Shown in pieces: positions 37,190 through 51,181 of a stretch of DNA of 64,000 nucleotides. The position numbers and the translations under genes were made by a program. Source of the DNA: Patellaria atrata CBS 101060 (taxonomy: Eukaryota); the NCBI GenBank assembly GCA_010093705.1, contig MU006115.1, positions 1 through 64,000 of the forward strand. Reading direction: 5' to 3'. Below the pieces are notes generated by a model that saw nothing but the letters and a program-made list of their open reading frames with translations, did not search any database and was not told the DNA's origin. The number at the start of each line of letters is the position of its first letter. The first letter of the stretch is position 1.

Positions 37190-37886
37190 CTGCCTCCCCT
37201 TAATTCCGCGCGGCGGGATTTCTTCCCCTTCCTGCTCCTGCCCCTCTCCCCTTTGCCGCTCCTTCTCCTTCCGTAAGCACCGTCGCCCGCACAGCTTCCC
37301 GCAACCTCCTGACGTATATGTGCCACAGCACTTAGCCCAATCTGGCAGGTATGCGATTTTTTGTCGAACGTCTTGCCAAGCATGAAGCTGGAGATAGGAA
37401 TCAACGATATTTTGTGTATAGACGTATATAATTTTAACCACCGCATCAATCCATAATATATTTATATCAGGAGAATCCTTGGACATGGAAGATTAAGACA
37501 TCATTTAAATCTAATGTATGTACCGTTGCGCGGTTGAGCATTTCCAATTGTTCAGTTTTGCGGCGATCTGGAGGCGTGGTGGTCGTTGGATGAGTGCGAT
37601 GGTGTTTGTCGCTACGTTTGCAGAACGACAAATGCGATCGGAACAACGATGCAACGCGTCCCACAATTTATTTTTTATTTCTGGCTTATTTGAAGCTTTT
37701 CCTTTTACTTCTCCTACTTTTTTGGGAATGATTTTTTTTATTATTTGGGTTGGCAAAGTGCGTTCGCTCGTTGTACGGTACGTCAGGCTAGCTGGAATAT
37801 CGAACTGGCGACGATGAGTATAATATGCGATGAACACAAAACTAATGGCAAGGTCTATGGCACGTATTATGAATTATGAGAGCTAG
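37190..37886 (+). ncRNA. Putative spliced non-coding host transcript with structured introns (snoRNA-host-like)
   Basis: CT-rich start region; introns 37273-37328 (GTAAGC/CTGAC/CAG), 37349-37470 (GTATGC/CAG) and 37516-~37852 (GTATGT/CTAAT/AAG). Exons of 20 and 45 nt encode no meaningful ORF. Intronic hairpins are followed by ACA or ATA. Confidence 0.45.
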
Positions 37887-38272
37887 GGAATTGCATAGAA
37901 AGGTCACAAATATTTTCGATTAGGAAACACAGGGCAAACATATTTCCTACCAAAGGGTACGGTGAGGTCACGAATTGAGGCGTAGGAAAGACAGTTCATA
38001 TATGATCTTGATTAAATATATTGTTTATTGAACGATTGATACACAAATTGTGTTGTATTTCATCAAAAACTTGTTACTTGAATCTTAACTTTTTTGTATG
38101 GAGAAAATGAGATTTGATCACAATGAGAATGAGACGTACCTGTGGACATCATTGTGCTGGACTAAGAATACATAGATCGTATTTGCCCTTTAAGTAGGGT
38201 ATCCCAGATCTTCGCACCTCACTTAATATGACGTCTCATATGGTATCCTACGTTTTTGAGTCTTCATTGAAC

Positions 38273-38811
38273 TCAGCCTTTCCCCACTCCCTCTCCACCA
38301 GTCCTTTTCATCACGCCCTCAACGTCTTCCGCAAGCTCCGGCATAGCCCTACTAATCCGCTCTGCCAACACATCTCTCATCATCACAAAGCCCTCACTCT
38401 TCCCTTTAAGGTTCTGGTTAGCTTTTTGCACCATCTCCACGAACTCGCGGGTGTAGATGTCCGGGTTGCGGCCTTCATCAACATAATCGATGACTTCTTC
38501 CGTAAGATGGATACCTAGGGAGGGTGCTGTGGTCGATATATTAGCGAGATTGCGCGTGAGATTCTGACTATAGGGAGAGACGAATTAGAATAAATGAAGT
38601 TTGCTTGAGCACCATGGGTGGGACGGACATTTCGCGTTTCATCGCATCTTCTGTGAGCGTTCCCTGATATTCGAGACTTTGGACTATGAGGTTGTAGAGA
38701 TTTTGGATCACGGCTTTGATCTGATCTGAATTCACTGTGAGCATGTGATAGTGTTTTATAGATGTAACGTAGGACGATACCATCGACTTGGGCTAATGTT
38801 GTTGGAGCCAT
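38273..38811 (-). CDS. MED10: Mediator subunit Med10/Nut2; introns 38726-38780 and 38568-38628
   Basis: Spliced product contains EVIDYVDEGRNPDIYTREFVEMVQKANQNLKGKSEGF. Stop TGA at 38275-38273. Confidence 0.95.
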
Positions 38812-39108
38812 TGTGAGTTACCGTTAGCAGATTATCTTTCAAAATATATTCTCGAGCTTTCTGTTCCTATTATAGTTCCGTATTTAACTCCTACATTTCC
38901 ATCTCAACGTTCGGAGTACTATTGTCGGAACCAATGTTTTTCCGCTCCCGAACGGTCAGGTAAGTGGGGACCTCTTGTCATCCAATCATTCACATATTCT
39001 CAGCTTCACAGTTAAAAACATCTCGACGGACCCTATTCTACATGTGTTGGCGATAGCTTGACCCTCAATCGATGCTGATGCTCCCCAAAACATGTCTCGC
39101 AATCGACC

Positions 39109-42100
39109 ATGACTCAAAACACTCCTCGGAACTCGAACCTCCACCCTCGATCTAAGATCCCCACCATTACACCCACACCGTCTAAAGCACCAGAAATCTC
39201 GCGAGCGCCATCTCGACAGTCTGACAGGGCTAAGCAAGAGGCGGAAGCTACATCTGACAGGGCGACGGCGGCATTGATACGGCGTACGCTCTGCGCACAC
39301 CATGTTCCTGCTGCGGAGAAGGGGGGTAGTGCTCCTCAACCCATCGAGGAGCTACTCCCTCCTTTGACGAGCTCGAACGATGTGGATTTGCAACTATACG
39401 GTATCATTGCGGTCATATTCAAGGTGTTTGTGCACACCTGGTATGGGAAGATCACGCCAGACCATGTTTTCGTGGAAGAGGTTATCCAGATTATCGCGCA
39501 CTGCACTCGGGCATTAGAGCAGAGACTGAGGAAAGTCGATCTAGAATCGCTTCTCCTGGACGAAATCCCTGAGCTAGTCGATGCTCATGTTACTGGTAGG
39601 TCTATTTTAGGGATCCACAGGTTCAACCTGATAATCTAGGCTACGGAAACTCTAATAGAAAATGACCGCTAATTAAGAGAGATTGAAAAGCCTACCGAAT
39701 CGCACATCAATCACTTCATTCCCACCCTCTAGCTTCGGCACCGAGGGAAATCTATCACAGTCTGCATCCTCATCCGGCCCTTTCACCCGTGCCGTCAGAC
39801 GATGACAACACTAGCGTTGTGGAGCAGCAGCGGAACGAAGCAACATGGCGGCAGTTGATGGTACAAGCGGTGCTAGCCGTATTACTACCGACAGAGGATT
39901 TGGAGAATAGTTGTCTCCGCACTCTCGTTGGGGAAGTCTTTGCGGAACTGATTCTTGGAAATGGCATTGCAGGTAGGGCATGCGAAGGGTGGCTCCTATG
40001 GGAGGCTATCACGAGGATTGTTGAGACAGTCCGTCCTCCCTTAGATGATGGTAATACGATGAACAAAGCAAACGAGAATCAATCAAGTCAGTCAGTGAGT
40101 CGATTGGAGCAATACGGACTACTATCATCATCGAGGGAAGATGTTGAGAAGCCTATCAAGCCTGGTAACGGGAATGGACATGACCATGAGAAATGGTCTG
40201 CTTCTAAATTACTTTGGGCTATATTGCAATACGCGTTTTTGGCGTATACTGCGGTGCGAGCCGCCATCATTATTCTCGCGACATCCTCGTCTTTACCGTC
40301 CAGGTCGCATGCAGGTGTAGTTACAGACGGACATGCCGCTCAAACGTCGCCGAGCTCTGCAACTTACCAACCAAACGTTTTAATCCGTGTCGCAGAAAAA
40401 CGAGCGATTGTCAGCATGAGGATCTGGTCGTGCACCGCTCATCTGCTAGAGATTGATGTCCGCATGCCATGGCTATCAGGTATGATGTCGCTGCTTCATT
40501 GGGGAGCAATATCGGGTCCTGGAAAGGTGGGTGGCACGGATGGCGTATTGGACAGGTGAGTTCGGTCATTTCTTCTATTCTGTCCATTTGCATCTGCATT
40601 TCACTTTTCGTTGGACAAAGTGTCGTTACGAGGGTATCAACACCCATGGATACCAAGGACGGCCTGTGCAATCTGTGTTTCGATGTGTGCTCGCCCCGCA
40701 TGAGTTTTCGGTCACTTGACTTGCCCACCAGCCTATGCGAGCACCCGTACGCTTTTTTCCACGTCGCATTTCCTATCGCAGTGCATACCGTGGCTTGAGC
40801 GACCCCGGTGTTGCTTGTCCAACGATAAAGCACTCTTTTGGACATCCCGTCATTGCTCGTCCAATTGTCAGGATAGCAGACTCGGAAGACCGACAAACAG
40901 TCTTTCCATCATCTAGCATTTGCAGATTGATTCCTATCCTACCTTGGCCGCCCAAAGTTACCATCCTTCTCGGACTGATTGTGCTCCACACCGATGCAAC
41001 ATGGAATGATGGAGAAATGCACCATACATCATCAGATCTATACTCAATCCCGGCAGTCGAGATTTTACAGGCTGGCAAATATTGCTGATAATCCCGCTTC
41101 CCTCGATATCCTCAATTCGTCATGGGGTCTCCTTCGACACACAGGCCCTGTGGCGCTCGTAGCTTTCGCAGTCGGCCTCGTAAAGTCGCAAATCAAAGAA
41201 TCTCCACCGGCCGCGTTATCCGCAAAATCTCAATCTTGTCGTATTATCGCGAAAACTCAGAAAGTCAAAATATCCCGAATGATTCAGGAAAATTTCAGGT
41301 GGCCCTCGTTGCGAAACATTGTCTGCGCAAGGCCCCCTTCCCTCTCTTCCTCCAACCCCGAAAGGAGGCAAGGACCCTGGCCTTGGACAGATTGACGTGC
41401 GGGCGGTGGACGGGTGGGTTAACGGGAAGACTTCAGTAGCCTCGAGATGCTGGTGGATGGTCCCGTTTACGCGCCCGGCTGATCAGTCGACTAACGAGCG
41501 CTGGCCTGGCATGCCTGGCTCGGGACTGGCCGCGCCCGCATGAGGCCACACCCCTGCCAGCCATAACCCTCGCCTACAAGTTACAACATTCTTCGTTGCT
41601 CGATTATTAGACGATTAGCCTTTTCGCTCCCCTACTTTTCTACTTCTCAGGCCTTGGCACCGTACCTTTTCCAATCGCACAGAAGACGCCTCATTTTCGA
41701 ATTCAGCAGCAGATTCGCGATTGAGATACACGCAGTGACAGTTGCGGGCAAGCCACGTTCCACCGCTATCCGACTCCTCGTGGCCGCTCCGACTTGTTAT
41801 CCTAAGCCCTTGTGTCTACGGATTCCTGTCGTTATAGGGATATGTTTCACACCCTTACTTTGTCCCTCTTCTCGAACGTAACCGCTCCAATTCCTCCTCG
41901 GACATGTGGTACCTACCTTACCTTGGGCCTCAATTGTCCCTTACCCAGCTACCAAGTAGCGCATGATGCATCTGGCTGACAGAATGCCCAATCTATACCT
42001 CGCCGCTCATCATATCATGTCATGTTCGATTTGTTCCCAATTTCCAGTCATTCATGCGCCAGCCTTGCGAATTATTGTTTACGTCGATCTCTTGTCCTGT

Positions 42101-42614
42101 GCTCGCTAATCACATTAATTTCTCCTTGCTATCTGATCAAGCCCCTTGCTATACCCTCCCAATTCTCCTTCTATACCCCTTAGTATACCCTCCTATACTT
42201 ACCACCAGGTTCTATAGACTCCTATCTCACCAACTGAATCGTACCCTCTTAAACCCCGCGCACATACCGCCAGCCCTGCGCTCCCTCCGCGCCACCTTGT
42301 TCCCGGCTAACGGCCTTGCTCCCCCACGCACGCCACCTGATGCCACCGAGATTCAGGAAATCAAGCAGCGCTGTGCGGCCGTAATCAAGGCCGCAATTCC
42401 TGAGTCAGTCATGGCAGTGTATTTTGCTTCCAAGGACGAAAGGGTAGTTCTCGGAGAAATAGAGGGGTGGTTGGACGTGCTGGGTGATAGCTATCTGAAC
42501 AGGCATCTAGTTTTTCCCATCGTCGAGTTGATAGTCGTGAGGTTAATGCCAGAAGTAGCTGAAAAAGGGGTGTGTGAGTTGATGGAGGAGAGATTGGGGG
42601 AGGGGCTTGTTTAG
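39109..42614 (+). CDS. PXA-domain protein; introns 39596-39690 and 40556-~42217
   Basis: LPPLTSSNDVDLQLYGIIA...WYGKITPD and LLPTEDLENSCLRTLV (PXA domain). Exon 2 ends GVLDR|GTGAG; the family-type last exon (LLSHQL...SYLNRHLVFPIVELIVVRLMPE) lies 1.66 kb downstream and joins in frame. Confidence 0.88.
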
Positions 42615-43394
42615 AGCTAGAATCGATAGAAAGGCAGATCGCATAAATGATGAATGAGAAGTTGAATTGATGACGATCGGCAAGCAATGAGAGGGGGTTA
42701 TCCGATTTATCACTGAGATTTTGTGAAATGCAAATATGTGACATTTTTCGCAAATACGTACAAGTCGTAGATCAGGGGAAGCCGCCAGGGAGTTTCCCAA
42801 TTGCCTCTTTCTGCTACACATCACCACCCTCTTTTTTTGGGAAGTATGAGGAGGTAGGAGAAATGCGAGGTGAAAGTGATCTCAACCGTAGCGTTCCGCC
42901 CCTAGATCATCATGGGGCCTAAAGTCCCCATTCCAAAGGAGTTCCTGAAAGACTCTGCGCATGCTCCGGACGCAATGACAAATAGAGGTTAAGAAATAGC
43001 TTGCGCAGTAAGAATATAGGGATATAGATGTGAGAGTAGAGAAGAAACTTCAGGGAAACGGAAAACAGTATGACTCCAGGTTCCGCGCGAGCAGATTATG
43101 TCTCTTTTTTCCATCTCTTGCTATGGGTTTGTGGGGAGGGGTGCAGAAAAAAAATAGGGATATCAATGCGAGAAGAAACTGACTGTGAAAAGCAACTTGA
43201 AACCTAAATAATGCAATAACGAGAGATGGAATTTCAAAAAAGGAATATTTCCCTAAACCAGATGGTTCCCTGTTCATTGCAGACCCTATTCCTCTTATTC
43301 CAACACCCAACCTGTTCCATTTGCACCGTCCCTGATCCACCGCAGAGCTCCCTATACCCGAAAGAAACACGCACGAGTACCGTTGTAGAGAGTA

Positions 43395-45159
43395 CTACAA
43401 ATTCTCAATCTTTCTAACCGCAAAATCAGACTCATGTACACGGTGCATACCGCCCGGTAGCTGTGAATGGTCTACGGATCCGGCCCTTTGAATCTTGAGC
43501 TTCTCCATGAGTTTCCCAATAGTAATATACTCCTGAGGTTCAACAAACCCATTAGGTTGCTGCTGGATGAAGTTCAAGATAAGCTCGATGGCCCTCCTTG
43601 CGTCCTCCTGTGACGGTGATGCTGGGCTTGCGCTCTCCGGGCTTATAGGTGATGAATGCTGCAGATGTGTCTGTACGGAGATACCAGAAGTTGATATAGA
43701 AGTTACCGGGATGGGAGGCGGTTGCATGGATCCAGATCTCGAGGAGTGCGCATTGTGCATCGGTTCATCGACTGTCGGGGGGATTTCCGATAAAGGAGAA
43801 TCGATTGCAGTGGAATTTAAGTACTTGGGCGTCAGTGGCTCCGAAGAAGCTGGTGGGGATATATAGGATGGGTCAATCCCGTTTACCATGGGAAAGGTCT
43901 GAGATCGCGGCCGGACAAAGTTGCTACTTCCTGGTGGTCCTTGCGGTATAAATGGACTTGTGCCACACGGTGTATCCGGTGTAAAGAAAGGTGAAGGTGG
44001 GCTCTGTGCTCCTGCTGAGAAAGTTGAAGGTGCTGTATCCGTAAAGACGCTAGAAAGAGACGTATTACTCTGAGAATGAAACGGTCTGTGGGAGCGGTTG
44101 TAATCGTTGAAGACGTCCGTACTCTCCAATTTAGCATCTTCCTCGCTCTTTGTCGCACTTAAAGTAATTGCTGATGGGGAAGAAGCTCCGTTTGGCGAGG
44201 TTGGGGAGATACCATTGGGTGTTTGGGCGTTTGAGGCAGGATTTGACTGGCCTTCCGAGTCTTCTGTTGCCAGCGAATTCTTTCTTGATTTAGCACCCAT
44301 AAGATTGTTCTTCTGTTTGAACTTCTCGAGCCAGCTGGTATTGTTAACCTTAAGGTGGCTATCGTTGTTGCCTACGGTAGTGGCAAAGAACCGCGCCTTT
44401 TCCTTGATCATGGCATCAGTTAACGATAAACCCTGTCTTTGATGGTTTCGGGCCCAGTTTGACAGTGCTCTTTCTATATCTGGAAATTTCCCTTTAGATC
44501 TCTTGATCGGTGACCGGCTCCCATCGTCCTGGTAAAGATACTTTTCCTTATTTCGGAGAACCTTAGAAACGGTACTAAACTAGGTGTCAACTACCACTCA
44601 TGACGAATAACACTGCCCAATTGCCTACCTTCTTTCAACTCCAAACATCGCTACAAGTCAATATTAGTTAACTATATCCTTTGATCGAGTGGCGAATGCT
44701 GTGCTTACCTCCAATTTCTGTTTGCTTAGTATTAGGATGTTCTTCATGGTAAAGACACATTCTTCTCCTATCTGCGTCTGTTAATGTCTTGCGAGGCGTG
44801 GAAGAGTGTCCAGATCGTGTTGAAGTTGCCGATATTGGTGTTGATGCGGGAGCAACCGGTACAGGCGCAGATGGAAAGATTGGAGGAACGTATGCAGATT
44901 GACTGGTCAACATGCTCGGCCATGTAGGCATGATTAATGGCTGAAGTTGTTGATGAGTTGTTCTTGGAGGATGCATCGTCGTGGGATACATTGGTTCCAT
45001 TGGTAGTGGATTGAACGCATATCCAGTATACTCATGCACCGGTGATGTATGCTGCGAATGACTATAATTGCTGCCATTATCTGGCCATTGGTGACTACCA
45101 TCAGAATATCCAGATTCCTGCGATTGATGGTGATCGTGGTCCATTGTCATCGGACTCAT
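43395..45159 (-). CDS. CENP-B/Abp1-type tandem HTH DNA-binding protein without a DDE domain; introns 44651-44708 and 44575-44628
   Basis: RKTLTDADRRRMCLYHEEHPNTKQTEIGAMFGVERSTVSKVLR (HTH1) and GKFPDIERALSNWA...MIKEKARFFA...WLEKFKQKN (HTH2), followed by a Ser/Pro-rich tail. Start ATG ambiguous (45159, 45150 or 45144). Confidence 0.88.
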
Positions 45160-47600
45160 GTTCGAATAGCTGCGCTCCACCACTTATCGACACAACGATA
45201 GTGTTGAAGACCGTGCTATCGAGAGGTTCGGCGCCAAAACGGTCTGTATAGTGGGCAGTAAAGCCGAACGTTCGAGATCCAAAAGAATAGTGTTCCTGGC
45301 TAGAAGGTCGGCAGACTGCATGCATGCAGGAGATATTGGGGGGGTTCCTGGCGAAGCGAAGACCAACAGGTACCGCGCGTGGAGGTGGAATATAGAGTAT
45401 ATGGGGTGCACTGCGTCAGGCGTAAATGCAGAAAACAGATGATGAAACAATGTAGGAGAGCTCAGACGCAAGGTTAAAACATAAGGTAAGGCAGTCAGGT
45501 ATGTAGCAGACGAGGTTCTTTTGCAGGTTTGTATGTAAGAAAGAGCTTCAGAAGACCAGTGCGGATCGAGTCTGATAGTGCAAAGGCCGGTGCGGTGTGG
45601 TTGCGAAGGCGGGACAAAGATGCGCAGATGGCCCCTGTTTTGTTTCGACTTTCGAGCCCGTGGAGAGCCCAAGGGTGTCTGGGGAAGACAAGCAAACCCA
45701 TGCCAGCCAGTATCGTCGGATTTTGCGAAAATGGGATTCAGATGCTCAAAATATGCTAGCGGAGTGCATGTGCACAGAGGATCGGGTAGCTTGAGGGGCT
45801 TGAAAGGCTTGTAGACTTTTGCTTAGAAAGTCAGAATTGCTCATGCGCAATCTCTTCGACCAAGCAGATGGCCTTTCACACTCCCACGAAGCATTCTCAG
45901 CCAAAGTAGCGAGGCAGAGTGAGCCGTAAGTGAGCCACTGCGGGAATCTACTAAAGTCAATGCTCTTCTCGTCTACGAGAAAGCCGACGGTAGCGACACG
46001 GCCCCTAACAAACGCGACGGGCGTCACGGCTGCTTTAGTCTGCTTGTCAGTTGCTTGGTATTTCGCAAGATTTGTTAAAGACGTTGTTGTTGGGCTTTAT
46101 GACCTTGGTCTGGTCCAAGCGTAACCGTGCGTGGATGTTTAAACGATAAAGAAAGATGAGGGTAGAGGGAGCTAGAGTGATAAAAGGGATAGATCGGGAA
46201 TAGCAACGCCTTTGCAAGCCATCCAGCCATGGAAGACCAGGAAGACCAGGAAAACCATCAAGACCTGGTCGCATGGAAGGTCAAAGCTAGGACGCTGTCA
46301 AAAGGTGTAAGTCTGACAAATGGGAAGTCGAGGCGATATTCGCTTGGGCTTCAAAGCCTAGCACGACCATTCTCTATTCGACAGAAACGCCCCCTAATTC
46401 TTCCAAAATATTAGTAGATGCGATTCCGTGCGCGACTTTTTACACCCTAACCGGCTAATCAGCTCGCCGATACACAAAGAAGAAAATACGTCTACCAAGA
46501 TGTCCACGTTGGTCGTTTGGAGCTATCAGAGTCCGGTACTTATATAGTCAGCTTTCTTTGTGATACTGTTTCCTCGACCACCGTTTCTGTGTTTGCATGG
46601 CGCCGGTTACCCAAATCGTGGTGACAAGTTGACAACTAAGCTCAGCACGCTCAGGTACCGTCCGCTTTTGGCCCACGTTGAGACCAAAAGAAGCCAAAAA
46701 CCCCACGCTCCACCTTGCTCGTTTTCCTCCTCCACTCCAGGTCGGTGGTGGAAGCTGGTGCAACGGTGGTGCAGGGCCCGAGTGGCTGCTGCCCCTTAAG
46801 GACACATGTCAAGGGTACAGGAATTGCTTCGATAAAATAACAGACATGAAAGCGTCGAATGATGAGCAGCAAATTGAGACGATTCTTGTCTAGATGCCCT
46901 AGTTCGGGATATCAGATAGGCATGGGCCCATGGGGATACCGGGCGGACAATTCGTTGGAAGGGAGCTACTTAGCGCCCGACCACATAGCGGCCATAGCCT
47001 TGCTGATTTGCCTTGTTTAAGAATCTTTTCGATTTTTCGAGGCGCAAAATGCGGTCTCATCCATGCAACATTTTCTCCGAATGGACGAATCAGACAGAGG
47101 CAAAGATCGGAAAATGGCAAAGAAGAAGTCGTGCTCTATTGCGAAAATTGGAAAGCCTTGCTTGAAAGAAGAAAGATGCAATCTGTTCAATAGCTCATAC
47201 CGTCATTTTCGCCAAGATATCAATTAGACCCCAACCGTAAACTAATAGGACATCCGGCTTTCGTTTACTGCCGTACAGAGCAGTTGCCGTAACAGTGATG
47301 TCTATCCAACAAGGTGGGCTTGGGGAAATGCTGACTGGCTTGTGTCGGAATTGATCATCTTCCTCTCAAAATCCAGGGTTAATCGATGCTATAGTTGAAC
47401 GGATCATTAGCTGTACGACATTATAGACATTGAGTGCTGATGCCCTATTTCACAATATTCCAATCATAGATCGAAATTCCGCTCTCGTGATTCTTTACTC
47501 ACAAGCGTGTCTGATACGAGCTCGAGACACTTAGTGAACGAACAACAAACTGAGTCTTTCATAAGACCATGAGTCTGCATATTAACTCGTGATAGGGGTT

Positions 47601-49256
47601 TCAACGTTTGATAATTGTGACTGTTTCTTCCTGTAAGCTATGAAACTCCTGGAGGAGAATCGCATCCAGGCGCATGCTTGTACGTACTGATATCCTCATC
47701 GGCAAGTTCGTGAGACAAGCCTACGCGTTGTGGTTGATGCTTTACTGATTTACCGTAGACGATTGCCTGCCTAAATTGCTCGACGATGGTCTTGTGAATA
47801 GCGTTACACTTGTACTGTCAGAGATGCCACGTAACAACAACTTGGATACTCACAAAGTCTTCGACAGTGCACGCGGTCGACCTGAGCACAACGGGAGCGC
47901 TGTAATCAGGCAGTTTTCCCTTCGGTTTTGTATACACTCGCCTTAGGTTCAATTTCTCCCACATCAGCTCGAGCAATTCGTCTATATTCCATCCATGTTC
48001 CGAGCTTATAGGGCAGGCGTTGGGTATCCTATACAATAAATCGAGCTCTTCGATCGTAATAGCGTCTATTTTGTTAAGTGCATATATAACTGGAATATAT
48101 GCTCGACTCTTCGCTTCCAAAACATCAATGAGGTCGTCGATTGTAGCGTCGCAGCGGATGGCAATATCAGCAGAGGATATACGGTATTCAGACATCACAG
48201 CCTTGATTTCCTGCGACACTTAGCTCTCTGCATATAACCTTTTATCAAAGAGTAGATACATACATCATGGTCGATATGCGTCAGAGGTACTGTACTAGTA
48301 ATGCTAAGACCTCCTTTATCTTTCTTTTTGAAATGGATGTTGGGCGGACTCTTGTTAATGCGAATACCAAAGCCTTCCAGTTCAGACTCAATAATACGCT
48401 TGTCAGTAAGAGGCTTATTTACATCTAGGACGATGAATATAAGATGACAGGTCTTAGCCACAGCGATGACTTGTCGACCACGACCCTTTCCGTCTTTTGC
48501 GCCCTGAATGATACCAGGTAAATCGAGCATTTGGATCTTCGCACCATTATAGACGACTTGTCCAGGGACAGTGGTGAGCTAGAACAGGATATCAGCGTCA
48601 AAAAGTCTACAACAATGGAATATGAAACCATACGGTCGTGAACTCATATGCGGCAGCTGAACGGTTACAGTCAGTATTGTGCCCCTGGCTAACGGTATGG
48701 CGAACATACCCTCTGAGTGTTGGCCTGTCAGTCGACTCATGAGGGTACTCTTGCCCACGGATGGAAAGCCGATGAACCCACTGTAATGCTGATGAACGAT
48801 ACGTACGCTATACTGGCTGCATATGCCGGCACTTACACACTGGCAACACCAGTTCTGGCAACGTCGAAACCAACTACCAGACGTAAGTGTCGTTCCTCCT
48901 TCACAATATATGAGCATATCTTACTGCCGCCTCCACCCCCGCTAGATTGAGGAGTGAGGAGTTCACGCTTGAGTTTCGCAAGCTTTGCCTTCAGTTGCCC
49001 TATCAACGTATTGGTTCAGCCTTTAGTGCCCATCTCTTGCTTCTTATACTCCATACCTAAATGGAATGAAGTTGCTTTATTTTTCTGAGTCTTGGCCATC
49101 TGCAATATCCTTTAGCTACTATTCTTGACATCTTGAACCGTTCTGATGCGTACTTCGGCTTCGATCTCCTTGATCTACATTTTCTTCCGTATTAGCCTAT
49201 TGCAATTGCTCTCCATAATCAGCAAGCCGCCGTACCTTATCTACTGTTGTCGACAT
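47601..49256 (-). CDS. RBG1: DRG1/Rbg1 ribosome-interacting GTPase, 11 exons
   Basis: Spliced [69 protein letters not shown] and a TGS domain ending ITIIKR*. Confidence 0.95.
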
Positions 49257-49464
49257 CTTGACTCAGTTGTTGAACCTGTTTCTTTGCTGGCAGGTGGGAT
49301 GGTAGGTTAACGGACTATGTAGCAAGTTGCGAAATCCAGTAATTTCTCGAAATTCTAACGATGAGGCGGAACTGATGACGATTCGGCTAGGTAGTTCTAG
49401 TGTGGGGTTTTAAGGTTGGCGGAAGCTCGGCTTACATTTCCCCCTCTATCCCGTCAGAAGTTTG

Positions 49465-49472
49465 TATAAATA
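49465..49472 (+). promoter_or_regulatory. Candidate TATA box of THI4
   Basis: TATAAATA upstream of the riboswitch-containing leader. Confidence 0.55.
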
Positions 49473-49726
49473 CCCCTCAATTCAACAGTACACAATTCAC
49501 CCAACATAATCTCCAATTCACTCGCATCTATCAGGAACTATCAGGTCTTTTGAAATATTCTTCAAAGATTTAGGTGGCCTTTTACTAATTGTGTAGACAG
49601 ATCAAAGTCTCGTACCAAAGAATCAACAGTACATTACCCCTTAAATCGATGCTCCTGGGAACCATGGCTTCTTCGTCGCCGGTCTTATCCAAAAATGATC
49701 TTTGTAATTCAGGTAACACATCTGAT

Positions 49727-51181
<1,455 letters not shown>

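Noticed and set aside
37027..37330. Assignment to tRNA, U5, RNase P, group I/II intron or a small ribozyme
   Set aside because: Only partial motif resemblances (TTGCGGGAAG, GTGCG, ACCAATACGGAC). The required partners (acceptor stem, GCCTTTTAC loop, P4/P7, domain V) are absent.
41555..41700. TAACCCT immediately after a long-range helix as a telomerase template inside the PXA intron
   Set aside because: Only 7 nt of repeat complement and no triple-helix pseudoknot or CR4/5 recognisable by eye. Not supported, though worth including in a covariance-model search.
40411..41881. Short ORFs inside the PXA intron as nested protein genes
   Set aside because: They overlap on both strands, carry no motifs, and are expected by chance in GC-rich sequence.
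43395..45159. Active pogo/Fot1 DNA transposon
   Set aside because: No DDE domain and no terminal inverted repeats or target-site duplication seen.
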